Positions 28,672-39,100 of a stretch of DNA of 64,000 nt are shown one piece after another. The notes below the pieces were generated by a model, which was given only the letters and a program-made list of their open reading frames with translations, was not told the origin of the DNA and did not search any database. Position numbers and translations under genes: made by a program. The stretch is from positions 17,780-81,779 of the forward strand of contig DAOTVU010000040.1 in the NCBI GenBank assembly GCA_034436215.1, read 5' to 3'. This stretch comes from Dehalococcoidia bacterium (GTDB taxonomy: Bacteria > Chloroflexota > Dehalococcoidia > GIF9 > UBA5629). Each line of letters begins with the position of its first letter. Positions within the stretch are counted from its first letter, which is position 1.

Positions 28672-29061
28672 ATGGAAGACATAGAGAATCTGGTAAAAAC
28701 AACAATCAGCCAGATAGAGAAGGTCCTAAGCAGTAAAACCGTGGTTGGAGAGCCGATTAAAATCGGCGAAACGACATTGATCCCATTATTGAGTGTCGGT
28801 TTCGGATTTGGTGCGGCGGGCGGAGGACATGGAAAGAAAGATTTAAAACAACCAGTCGATGTTGAAAAAACGGGACCTGGAGGGACAGGCGGCGCGGGCG
28901 GTTTACGTCCCATTGCCATTATTGTTATCGATAAAGATGGTGTGCGAATCGAACCTATTAAAAGCAGCCTGGCCGCAGCAATTGAGAAGTGGGGTGATAA
29001 GGTGCCTGATATGATCGATAAGATCGCTGGGAAATTGAGTGAACGCAAAAAGGATGGTTAA
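28672..29061 (+). CDS. ytfJ: Sporulation protein YtfJ / GerW family
   Basis: TISQIEKVLSSKTVVGEPIKIGETTLIPLLSVGFGFGAGGG..., then a Gly-rich loop and VRIEPIK; typical GerW/YtfJ. Confidence 0.75.
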   Translation: MEDIENLVKTTISQIEKVLSSKTVVGEPIKIGETTLIPLLSVGFGFGAAGGGHGKKDLKQPVDVEKTGPGGTGGAGGLRPIAIIVIDKDGVRIEPIKSSLAAAIEKWGDKVPDMIDKIAGKLSERKKDG

Positions 29062-29063
29062 CA

Positions 29064-29648
29064 TTGACCGCTGTTATCATCGCATTAACGATAATAGTAC
29101 TCATCGTTCTCCTGCTTTTATTGCCCATGAAAATTGAATTGGGAGGCGCTGTTTATAACAGGATAAATGCCATCCTTAGGGTAAAATTTTTATTTGGTTT
29201 GATAGCCCTGAAATTTGATATTTTTCCCCAAAAAGCAGGTAATGCGCCGCCAGATAAAGAAGTGACCTTCTATTCACAGGCAAAGCTTCTTTATAATATT
29301 CTGAATGTAAACGGTTTGGGTAGCAATCTGGTTGAATTAATCGGCCGTATCCGGCATAGAGTCAAGATCGATAATATTGATATTAATTTAAAGTTCAGCT
29401 CAGGCGATGATTATTATACCGGCTTGATATGCGGTCTTTTACTGCCTTTTGCACTGATTGTGAGCGAACTACCCACCATTAATATGAGATTACAACCAAA
29501 TTTCGTCGATGAGATATCGATTAAAGGCTATTTTCATATCAATGGCTGGGTACAACCTGTTCAAACACTGCTACCAACATTGAAATTTTTATGCTCGGCG
29601 CCATTCCAAAATGCCAGAAGCCTTATACTGAAATACAATGCAGGGTAA
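29064..29648 (+). CDS. DUF2953-like (YtfI-like) membrane-anchored protein
   Basis: N-terminal TM helix. Size and position next to ytfJ parallel the Bacillus ytfI-ytfJ pair, though in the opposite order. Confidence 0.4.
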   Translation: MTAVIIALTIIVLIVLLLLLPMKIELGGAVYNRINAILRVKFLFGLIALKFDIFPQKAGNAPPDKEVTFYSQAKLLYNILNVNGLGSNLVELIGRIRHRVKIDNIDINLKFSSGDDYYTGLICGLLLPFALIVSELPTINMRLQPNFVDEISIKGYFHINGWVQPVQTLLPTLKFLCSAPFQNARSLILKYNAG

Positions 29649-29833
29649 TATTTATAAACTGGAAGAGAGCATTCAAATTGGCGATTATATCATCACGCCT
29701 TTTATTCATATTTTTATAAACTACTTTTTAATAAAGGGAAACATAAATGTTTATGCGTTTAAAATACCCATTTACATAATTATACGTAAAAGGGAGTTTT
29801 CCAGAATTTGCAGGATTACCGGAGAAGAACTTT

Positions 29834-30505
29834 CTATAGATCTGGCCATAAGCGAGTGTCCTGCTCTGGCTGTGGCTCTGCAAGATAAAAGCTCTGAGTC
29901 TCATTTACGATCTGACCGGTGACCGGTGTTGATTTGGGCTTTTTATATCGAGGCTGTTTCCTTCTCCTGCCGGTGAACTGGGCACCGCCGGTCCACAGAC
30001 CGGTGAAAAACTTTCGATCGAGCGGATGAAGGTAATCTGCGCAGTAGAGCAAATCTCTGGACGCAGCATTCTCGAAATAAGCTACCTCGACATGTTTGCC
30101 CATATTTTTAACCACCTGTAATGTATAGCTGAAATCAGCATCTCCGCTTACCAGTATCGCAATATCATAGGTATTATTTGAAGCAAAATACAGCAAATCC
30201 GTAGCCAGCATTACATCGATGCCTTTTTCTACCGGAATGCCCTGCGAAAGCTTTGTTGTACCCAGCCTCAGCTCTAAATATGGAGTCTTACGCAATGTAT
30301 CAAGGAATTCCTGTTGTTCCCGATGGGCATCCGACCTCTGAGTTGAGTCCTGCAAAACATTATAATAATAGGTTCTGATAAGATGACGCTGGCCACATAG
30401 TTTGCGTGTAAATTCAGCGAAGTTCAGATCCACCCTTTTGAAATTGTTTTTCAATGAATGGTACAAATTGCTGCCGTCAATAAATATGGCAACCCTATCG
30501 CTCAT
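29834..30505 (-). CDS. NYN (LabA/DUF88-like) domain protein with basic C-terminal tail
   Basis: N-terminus VAIFIDGSNLYHSL, the NYN/PIN-like signature. Basic tail RRRKQPRYKKPK. Confidence 0.75.
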   Translation of the reverse strand: MSDRVAIFIDGSNLYHSLKNNFKRVDLNFAEFTRKLCGQRHLIRTYYYNVLQDSTQRSDAHREQQEFLDTLRKTPYLELRLGTTKLSQGIPVEKGIDVMLATDLLYFASNNTYDIAILVSGDADFSYTLQVVKNMGKHVEVAYFENAASRDLLYCADYLHPLDRKFFTGLWTGGAQFTGRRRKQPRYKKPKSTPVTGQIVNETQSFYLAEPQPEQDTRLWPDL

Positions 30506-30612
30506 TAACTCCTCCTGTACCGTATAAAATGATCGCCCTCAACGGATAACAAGTATACGATATTACTTGATAATGTCATTATACTGGAATTGTATCATTA
30601 TTCATAAATTTG

Positions 30613-33045
30613 CTATGGTTTCTTCTGAACTGCATACCAGAGTCTACGGCCGTCTGTGGTAAATTCGACCGTTCCATTGATTGAAGTGATAAAGACGTGC
30701 TCATCACCGATAACTTCCTTTAAGTGTTCTACTACTTCTCTGGACGGATGTCCGAAACGATTATTGGCCCCCACGGATATTACAGCAGCCCGGGGATTCA
30801 CTATTTCAAGAAAATCAGGAGTGGTGGATCCTTTACTGCCGTGATGTGCTACCTTCAGTACCGTACTGGGTAAATCGGCTCTGGATGATATTAAGTAGTT
30901 TTCCGCCGCTTTCTCAATATCGGCAGTTAGCAAAAAACTGACATTTCTATAGTAGACTTTTAAGACCAGAGAATTATTGTTGATATCATCTGACGTGCCC
31001 GAATGAATGATTTTTGGTGGATTTAATACCGCTATTGACAGGTCTTTGCCCACATCCATTACCTGGCCTGCATGAAGCTCGCTTATCTCGATTCTCTTGT
31101 TTTTCGCATAATCAATTACAGTGTTACCCAGCACTGTTGTGAATGGCATTGCAGGAATCGCCAGTTTTTTAACTTTGTAATTTTTCAAAACATCTACTGT
31201 TCCTGAGATATGATCCGCTTGTAGCTGGGTAAGTATTATAAGATTGATACTCCGATCCCAGAAGGGTATCTTCCGATCGATTTGTGCACAGACTGCCGAC
31301 GGATCAGGGCCTGAATCGATGAGGATATTATTGCCTTGGGGAGTGCGTATTAAAATTGATTCACCTTGCCCTATATCCAGCACTGATATGTGAAGATTTC
31401 CATCGGGGAGATTCAGAATAGCAACCCATATCAGAATGTCAGCAATAAGTAGAATACTGATAGTCTGGTGAATATAAGATCGTACCGGTAACTTATTCCG
31501 AATATACTCAATTATAAACCTAAAATGGGTAATTAATCTGCTGTATGAGTTTTTAACAGCAGACCGGTATATGATCATTAAAGTACCACCAACTAGGATT
31601 ATATAATAAATGGCAGCCTGCCAGACTTCGATATGTAATCCGGAAACACCGGCTAAGGGCAGGGTGTCAAATATATCTATGATTAAGATGAAGTAGCTTA
31701 GAAAAAGCCAGGCAACACCCCCGAAGATAAAACCCAGCGGTGTCCATATGAGCCCAGATATCGATGCCAATAATGATGTGACCATAATGCCGGGAAGCGA
31801 TGGCATGGCGAAAAAAGTGGTCGGTATGCTGACCAGGGAAAGGAAATGGAAATTCAGAACGGTCACGGGCAATGTTGCTAAAATGGCAGCCAGGGTGGTA
31901 CCGAAGATGGTGAAGATTACTTTCTTAAACCTGAGTAAATAGCTACTGTGTTTCTTTTCCCATGAGGCGTTGGCAACTCCTATAAGAAGCGGCGAAGCAA
32001 CCGTCAGACCGAGCATTGACAGAAAGCTCAACTGAAAGCTGGTATCCCATAGAAGATGGGGATCGATGGATAGCATCAGAATGGCTGCAAATGTGAGGGC
32101 TATAAAGCCGCTGCGTTGCCTCCCCAGCATCTCAGCAACCAGAAATAGACTCCCCATGATAGCAGCCCTGACCAGGGTTGCTGGCATGCCTGTCAATAGA
32201 GTATAAAGCCATATAGAGAAAAAAGATACCCAGATATATAAATGATGTCTTCTACCAAATAGCCATATCGACAAGGACAGAACTACCCCCAATATAATGG
32301 TAAGATTCAGGCCGGAAATGGCGATCAGATGGGTTGTACCAGTATTATAAAAGGATTGGACCAGATTTTGTGGCAGATTGCTGCGGATACCAAGCAAGAT
32401 TGCCTGCGCCAGTGCCGCCTGTGGTTGTGGAATGATCCTGGAAATAGCATCAGCCATAATGATACGTAACGAGTAAATCCATCCCAACAGAGAAACCCCG
32501 TTATCTTTCTGGAGCACCTGTATGGATGGATAATTAATTACCGAATAGATGCCACGATTTGAAAGGTATCTTTTATAATCAAAGTCTGCATAGTTTTCAG
32601 GAGTTTCCACTTTGCCCGAAAGCTGTATCAGATCTCCATAGTGGATATCTTTATAGAATGGCAATCGTACAAGAGCATCTCCGCCTATAGGAAAAGTCTT
32701 GTCCTCAACAGTAATTCTACTGCAGGATAAGCGAAACGTTATTGAACGCCCGTGGATTTCTGGCTGATCTGATATCATACCGACCACAGTTACAGATGCC
32801 GCATCATTATAAAAGCGCAGCTGTTTATCGTTTACAGGTTCAACAGATGATTGGAATCTCAGGATACCAACAGCAAAGGATATTATGCATAAGGCAATCA
32901 GGATAAAGGGCTTTCGATTTCCTCTAATCAGAATGGCCACTATGAAAAATGGCAATGATATAAGCGGTATCCATAATGGCAGCTTTACAAATGGCCCTAA
33001 AGCTATACCGGCTATCCAGGAAATCCCGATATAAATAAGAGGCAT
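30613..33045 (-). CDS. comEC: DNA internalisation-related competence protein ComEC/Rec2 (DUF4131 + competence domain + metallo-beta-lactamase domain)
   Basis: 810 aa. Multi-TM competence domain and a C-terminal MBL fold (HxHxDH-type: LQADHISG). Confidence 0.85.
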   Translation of the reverse strand: MPLIYIGISWIAGIALGPFVKLPLWIPLISLPFFIVAILIRGNRKPFILIALCIISFAVGILRFQSSVEPVNDKQLRFYNDAASVTVVGMISDQPEIHGRSITFRLSCSRITVEDKTFPIGGDALVRLPFYKDIHYGDLIQLSGKVETPENYADFDYKRYLSNRGIYSVINYPSIQVLQKDNGVSLLGWIYSLRIIMADAISRIIPQPQAALAQAILLGIRSNLPQNLVQSFYNTGTTHLIAISGLNLTIILGVVLSLSIWLFGRRHHLYIWVSFFSIWLYTLLTGMPATLVRAAIMGSLFLVAEMLGRQRSGFIALTFAAILMLSIDPHLLWDTSFQLSFLSMLGLTVASPLLIGVANASWEKKHSSYLLRFKKVIFTIFGTTLAAILATLPVTVLNFHFLSLVSIPTTFFAMPSLPGIMVTSLLASISGLIWTPLGFIFGGVAWLFLSYFILIIDIFDTLPLAGVSGLHIEVWQAAIYYIILVGGTLMIIYRSAVKNSYSRLITHFRFIIEYIRNKLPVRSYIHQTISILLIADILIWVAILNLPDGNLHISVLDIGQGESILIRTPQGNNILIDSGPDPSAVCAQIDRKIPFWDRSINLIILTQLQADHISGTVDVLKNYKVKKLAIPAMPFTTVLGNTVIDYAKNKRIEISELHAGQVMDVGKDLSIAVLNPPKIIHSGTSDDINNNSLVLKVYYRNVSFLLTADIEKAAENYLISSRADLPSTVLKVAHHGSKGSTTPDFLEIVNPRAAVISVGANNRFGHPSREVVEHLKEVIGDEHVFITSINGTVEFTTDGRRLWYAVQKKP

Positions 33046-33051
33046 ACCGTT

Positions 33052-33561
33052 TTAGTCTCCAGCAACAGTATAGGATCTAATTTTTTCAACAAGCGATTCG
33101 CTGAAGCCTTCAATATGGAGTAGGTCATCTACACTGCGGTATGGTCCATGTTTATTACGGTAATCAACAATCAATCTGGCTCTGCTTTCCCCGATACCGG
33201 GTAATGCCTGTAATAGCCAGATATCCGCCCGGTTAAGGTTTACCTTCTGGGGCTGGGATAACCGTGTTTTGTCCGGCACGTGGATGGTTATGCAGAGTAT
33301 ATCTGCATTGTCACTTAAACCGGCCGAAGTTAACAGGCTGTTTACGGTGTCATCACCCCGCACAGTGTAAATACCGGGTCTGATTACGGCGCCATCGATA
33401 AAGACACTGCCTGTTATATTGGCAGAGGCAGAATTTGACAGTATGATTTCGTCCGCTTTAAGTTGCCCCAATTTCAAAGCAAAATAGAAAAGACCGGAAA
33501 TCAGGCTTAGCGTAAGGAATGATGCTATAATAAGCCATATTTTATCTGCAGCACCCTGCAT
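33052..33561 (-). CDS. comEA: Competence protein ComEA (SLBB + helix-hairpin-helix DNA-binding)
   Basis: N-terminal TM. C-terminal HhH: VNLNRADIWLLQALPGIGESRARLIVDYR. Confidence 0.8.
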   Translation of the reverse strand: MQGAADKIWLIIASFLTLSLISGLFYFALKLGQLKADEIILSNSASANITGSVFIDGAVIRPGIYTVRGDDTVNSLLTSAGLSDNADILCITIHVPDKTRLSQPQKVNLNRADIWLLQALPGIGESRARLIVDYRNKHGPYRSVDDLLHIEGFSESLVEKIRSYTVAGD

Positions 33562-33615
33562 AAACTACCTCCATTTAGCTGTTTGTGCGCATACGGTGAT
33601 AGAATTTTATCATAT

Positions 33616-34083
33616 ATGGAAAATATAAAAACTGTAACTGTAAACAAAAAAGCGTATCACGATTATCATATCATCGGAAGCTATGAAGCTGGGCTGGCCC
33701 TGAAAGGATCGGAAATTAAATCTATACGATTGGGGAGGGTTAATATAAAAGATGCATATGCCCGGCCTGAGAATGGTGAATTATGGCTTTATAATTCACA
33801 TATTGCAGCTTATCAAACAGGAGGATTCGGCTCCCATCAACCAGACCGCAAGCGTAAACTCTTGATGCATAAGGCTCAGATTGCTGAACTGTCATCTCTG
33901 GCCAATCAAAAAGGTTTGACTCTTATACCCCTGCGGATATATATTAAAAATGGTATAGCAAAACTCGAACTGGGAATAGGGCGGGGCAAAAAGCAGTACG
34001 ATAAACGGGAAGTTATTGCCAGACGTGACACTGAACGTGAAGTAGAAAGAGCCTTGAAAACAAGGCATCGATCAGGACATTAA
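33616..34083 (+). CDS. smpB: SsrA-binding protein SmpB
   Basis: The ORF begins at 33583, but the SmpB-like start is MENIKTVTVNKKAYHDYHI at 33616. The C-terminal basic tail (KKQYDKREVIARRDTEREVERALK) is present, and the gene lies immediately upstream of the tmRNA gene. Confidence 0.9.
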   Translation: MENIKTVTVNKKAYHDYHIIGSYEAGLALKGSEIKSIRLGRVNIKDAYARPENGELWLYNSHIAAYQTGGFGSHQPDRKRKLLMHKAQIAELSSLANQKGLTLIPLRIYIKNGIAKLELGIGRGKKQYDKREVIARRDTEREVERALKTRHRSGH

Positions 34084-34096
34084 AATCAGAATACGT

Positions 34097-34445
34097 GGGG
34101 GCGCGTGGCTTCGACAGGGAAAAGCCTACAGTATGGCAGGCCGAGGTGCTATCAACCTCGTAAATCTGGTAGCAAAAGACAACTGCCGAAGAAGCAGTTC
34201 CTGTAGCCGCCTAATTTAGGAGGCTCGTCCAACCTTTCCTCGTCCCGGTGGGAAGGGATTGGGCGAAGAAATGCTGGGATGCACCAGCCCCATGCCGATA
34301 AGGCTGGCCAAGATATAATCGGCTGGCCCGCTCAAACTCGGCCGAGCAGAGGTTGATCGGGTGAGATTAAAATGCCGGCTATGCCTGTAGAGGTACTGGC
34401 AACTTTTTTCTGGACGGGGAGTTCGACCCTCCCTCGCCTCCACCA
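34097..34445 (+). ncRNA. ssrA: tmRNA (ssrA), ~349 nt, with encoded 3' CCA
   Basis: 5' end GGGGGCGCGUGGCUUCGACAGGG and 3' end GGACGGGGAGUUCGACCCUCCCUCGCCUCCACCA. They form a 7-bp acceptor stem with a G3:U wobble, the alanine identity element, plus a T-arm. The internal tag frame (34173-34214) ends ...AEEAVPVAA-TAA (stop at 34212-34214). The gene is directly downstream of smpB. Confidence 0.85.
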
Positions 34446-34465
34446 GAAAATCTTTTTCAATTATC

Positions 34466-35191
34466 CTACTTTATTGCAGTGTGTATAGCAGCAGCACCGA
34501 AGAATAACTTACGTGACGTAACATTCACGAAGCCTGAGTTTAAGAGGAAATCCTCCATTTCTTTAACTGAAAAGAAATCACGAACTGATTCTACCAGATA
34601 GCGGTAAGCCTCTTTGTTGCCCGATAAAAGATAACCCGAGGTAAAAACCCAGCTACTCAGATAAAGGTTATCGCACAGGCGGATAAAAGCACAAGAAGGC
34701 TGGCTACTTTCTACAATGACAAACCTGCCGCCGGATCTGAGAACGCGGAAAATTTCTTTTAAGTATATTGGTCTCATAGGATTGTTAAAAGTAAGATTTC
34801 GGAAGGCAAATGAAATACCAATGCAGTCAAAATAACAGTCCTCAAACGGGAGTTTGGCAACATCAGCGTGGATAAAAGATATTTTGTTGGTGAAAGACCG
34901 CTGTTTTCGGGAGGCAATCACCAGCATAGGCTGACTGTAATCAACTCCAGTAATTTCGGGATTATATCTGGCTAATTTGGCAATGGTAATAGCAAGATCT
35001 CCGGTCCCACAGCACAGGTCCAATATCCTTGTCGGATTTCCTTCCAAACATGCCAGTGCGGCTTTTTCCCGCCATCCAGTATCCATACCGAATGTGATAA
35101 TATGATTGATCAGGTCATAACGTACAGGAATGCGGGTAAAGATTTGATGCAGGTGCTTTCTTACTACGGAATTATCCACAGTTTCAAACAT
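34466..35191 (-). CDS. menG: Demethylmenaquinone/ubiquinone methyltransferase (class I SAM-MTase, UbiE/MenG)
   Basis: SAM motif I ILDLCCGTGDL. UbiE-like length (241 aa). Adjacent to a MenA-like gene. Confidence 0.75.
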   Translation of the reverse strand: MFETVDNSVVRKHLHQIFTRIPVRYDLINHIITFGMDTGWREKAALACLEGNPTRILDLCCGTGDLAITIAKLARYNPEITGVDYSQPMLVIASRKQRSFTNKISFIHADVAKLPFEDCYFDCIGISFAFRNLTFNNPMRPIYLKEIFRVLRSGGRFVIVESSQPSCAFIRLCDNLYLSSWVFTSGYLLSGNKEAYRYLVESVRDFFSVKEMEDFLLNSGFVNVTSRKLFFGAAAIHTAIK

Positions 35192-35197
35192 AACTAT

Positions 35198-36094
35198 TTA
35201 AATTCTTATAAAACCGGACAGCAAATAGCCTACACCAATTAATACCTGTGTAAGCAAAACTACCATGACATTGGTGCCCATGGCGGGAACGAGCTTGTCA
35301 AGTTCTCGATATCTGAATGAACCCCGCATAGCTTTTATAGCAATAGGTAGAGTCAGGAGGGCTATTAGTGTAAATGGTGGCATAGTTTTAAATAGAACGG
35401 CACCGATAATCCATAAATAGACCATGAGGGTAAAGACCGTATAAAAAATGGCTGCACCTTTTCCTCCCAGTGTTATCGGTAAATTCTTCCTTTTACCTAC
35501 CTTATCAGCTTCTATATCGGGAAACTCATTAAGCAGTAGAAGATTATGCACCAGTAACCCGGAGGGAATGGATGCTATCAAAGCATGTACCGTATACTGG
35601 CCGGATTGAGAAAAATACATGCCAAGGACGGGTAAAATGCCAAGACCAAGTCCGGGAGACCATTCTGGCCAGTAACACTTTTGAATAAGAGGGCTATAAA
35701 AAACAATACAGAAAGCTGCCATAATAAGAAGAGGCAAAAGCAACCAGCCCTTGATGAGGATGAAATAGATGCCCACCGGAATTGCCAGAACAAGGCTGAC
35801 TATACTTATCCAGAGGACTTCACCTGAAGTAATTCGACCTTCTCTAATCATCCCGCTGCCACCGCTAAAGGGGGTAAGAATAGTTACCCTATCAATTCCG
35901 CTCCTGTAATCGAAGTAGTCGTTCAAAGTGTTAACACTTATATGCGTCAGTATTAAACCGATGGTTGCAAGTACTGCCTCCCATAAATTGAAAAAACCGT
36001 CATACCAGGCTATGCTGGTACCGGTAAACCCTAAAACTACGGAAAGTATGAGAAATTGCGGTCTGGTCTCAAGGAAATACAACTTACCTTTCAT
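35198..36094 (-). CDS. menA: UbiA-family prenyltransferase, MenA-like (1,4-dihydroxy-2-naphthoate polyprenyltransferase)
   Basis: Asp-rich motif NTLNDYFDYRSGID. 8-9 TM helices. Confidence 0.8.
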   Translation of the reverse strand: MKGKLYFLETRPQFLILSVVLGFTGTSIAWYDGFFNLWEAVLATIGLILTHISVNTLNDYFDYRSGIDRVTILTPFSGGSGMIREGRITSGEVLWISIVSLVLAIPVGIYFILIKGWLLLPLLIMAAFCIVFYSPLIQKCYWPEWSPGLGLGILPVLGMYFSQSGQYTVHALIASIPSGLLVHNLLLLNEFPDIEADKVGKRKNLPITLGGKGAAIFYTVFTLMVYLWIIGAVLFKTMPPFTLIALLTLPIAIKAMRGSFRYRELDKLVPAMGTNVMVVLLTQVLIGVGYLLSGFIRI

Positions 36095-36193
36095 GATGCT
36101 CCCATAATTTGCTTTTAGTTAGATTGGACATTATACCAAAAAGGCAAGAGTTAAAAATAAAATACTGTAATTATCTGATGACGTGTAATGTGT

Positions 36194-39100
36194 TTACCAG
36201 GGATCTATATACATCCCTCCAGATTCCTTCTTATACTCGGGGGAGATGGATTTCAGACCGCGTAGAATCCAGCGCCTCGTTTCAGCAGGATCAATAACCG
36301 AGTCTATCTCCATATACGATGCCATGTTCACTGCTTTACCCATCGTATAGGCCTGATCGACCAAGAATTTGTATAGTTTATCACGTTCTTCTGGATCTTT
36401 AACCGCTTCAAGCTCTTTACGAAAGCCGTGTTTTACTGCGCCTTCAAGCCCCATGCCGCCAAATTCCCCCGTAGGCCACGAGGTGGTAAAGAATGAGTCG
36501 TGAAATCCACCGGCAGCCATAGCCATAGCACCCAAACCATATCCTTTCCGTAGTACAATCGTAAAATAAGGCACTGTCATCTTGGCTCCTATAACGAACA
36601 TGCGGCATACATGCCGTACCTGGGCGCGTGTTTCAATTTCCGGTCCAACCATAAATCCAGGGGTATCACACAGAGATACTACAGGCAACCGGTGAACATT
36701 GCATAACTGGAGAAAGCGTGCGGCCTTATCGGCACCTTCTGCCTCTATTGCCCCACTCATATAGACCGGGTCGTTAGCGATCAAACCAAAAGGTATACCT
36801 TCTATGCGTATTAGTGCGGTTATCATGCCGGGTCCAAACTGACGTCTTAGTTCGATAACAGAACCGAAATCTGCCAGCGTTTCAATCACAGCTCGGACAT
36901 CATAGATATGCAGACGGTTCTCAGGTATAAGCCAGCGCAGTTTGCGTTGATCATCAGCTTCCCATTCGTCAACCGAACCCTGGAAATAGGAAACATATTT
37001 TTTAGCCACGGCAACAGCTTCAGTCTCGTCGGCCACTGCTATATCGACGACTCCATTTTTGGTTTGAACATCAATTGATCCTATTTCTTCAGGTCTTACA
37101 ACACCAAGTCCGCCACCTTCAATCATTGCCGGTCCTCCCATACCGATATTGCTGTTTTTAGTTGCTATAATTACATCACAACATCCGAGCAGAGCCGCGT
37201 TACCGGCAAAGCACGGTCCTTCAACTATCCCTATCAGAGGCACCCTTCCACTTAGCGCCCCGAATCGGTTAAAGGTGGTTAGATCGAGGCCAGCTACTGC
37301 ATTTGCATCTGTATCACCAGGTCTTCCCCCACCTCCCTCCGCAAACAGAAAGGTGGGTAATCTCCACCTGTTGGCCAGTTCCAGCATACGATCCATCTTT
37401 TTATGGCTGAACAAGCCCTGTGTGCCTGCAAGAACGGTATAATCATAAGCCAGAACCATACATCTGGCTTTATCATCGCTAAACAGCGATCTGTTGACCG
37501 TGCCAATCCCCGTGATCAGTCCGTCAGCAGGCGTATTTTTCATCAGGTCTTCCAGAGTTCTTCTGCTACGTTGTGCTGCAACGACCAGCGCCCCGTACTC
37601 TATAAAACTTCCCGGGTCGCACAGGTCATCAATATTTTCCCTTGCGGTACGCTGATTCTTCTTGTGTCTCCTAGCAACAGCTTCCGGACGGTTTGCATCA
37701 AGAGTATAGGCATGCCGCTGGATAACAGCCGCAAGATCTGACCTGATAGCATCCAGATCTATAGCCTCACCGCCGGTTTTAGCGGTTACCGAAACCTCCG
37801 CTTCTTCCAAAAATATAAGGACATCACCCTTAGCTATTGTTTCATCTGGTGAAACACATATAATGCGTACGTACCCACTGCGGTCGGATGATATCACATG
37901 CTGCATCTTCATCGCTTCCAATATGACCAGTTTTTGCCCTGCGGCAACCTCATCACCCTCTTTTACCTCGACACTTACCACGCAGCCCTGCATGGGAGAG
38001 ATAATAGGTACCATTCCCTGAGGAGTTTCAACGGTCTTTTGTGTTGCCTGTTTTATTCCGCCAGATATGTTTGTTTTGTAAAATCGTAACTTTTCATCTT
38101 CAGAAATGCGTGCCAGAGATGCGGCATTATCGTCTATAAATCGAGTATAAACATCATCATGAATGACTTCTGGGCGGTTCAATAGGTTTATCAGAAATGG
38201 TATATTTGTGTTTACACCGCTGATACGAAACTCCCTGAGTGTACGCTGGGCCCGTGCAACCGCATCTTCGAAACGGGGTGAATGTGATGTGACGACCACT
38301 TTGGCCAGCAATGAGTCAAAAGATGGGTTCACGGTATATCCACTATATCCGTACCCATCAACCCGAATGCCCGGTCCCGAAGGCACTTCATAAACCTGTA
38401 TTACGCCACCCTCAGGCAAGGCATTGCCCTTTTCATCGATAGTTTCCATGTTAATACGCATCTGGATGGCATAGTAGCGAGGTGTGGTTGCATTCTTATT
38501 AAGGCCGATATCAGCCAGCGATTTGCCATCAGCTATCTCTATCTGCGCCCTTACCAGGTCTATGTCTGTGATTTCTTCGGTTACGGTATGCTCGACCTGA
38601 AGCCTTGGATTAACCTCCATAAACGCATATAATGCATCATCCGAGGCTTTACTTTCTACCAGAAATTCAAACGTCCCAAGGCTCAAGTAATGAGATTCTT
38701 TGGCGATTTTAAGTGCTGCTGATGTGATTTTTTCACGCAGGCCAGGCGAAAGTACAGGACAGGGAGTTACTTCGATGACTTTCTGGTTACGTCTCTGAAG
38801 CGTGCATTCGCGTTCACCCAGATGTATGACATCTTTACCATCACCGATAACCTGAACCTCAACATGCCGGGATCTGGGGATGAACTGCTCTACGTAAACA
38901 TCACAGGAACCGAAGGCAGTGCTGGCTTCAGCCTGGCAGAGTTTGAAGGCCTGTTCAAGATCGGACTCGGTATAAACAGGCCTTATGCCACGGCCACCAC
39001 CACCCATGACCGCTTTTACCATAATGGCAGCATTTCTGCCCAGTGACCTAAAGAAATTCCTTGCTTCCTCAAGTGATGTTGCACCCTGCGTACCGGGCAG

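Noticed and set aside
29905-29930. Tandem GACCGGT-GACCGGT heptamer, which contains the palindromic ACCGGT
   Set aside because: It lies inside the 3' coding end of the NYN gene. It is short and likely coincidental, and no second copy is nearby.
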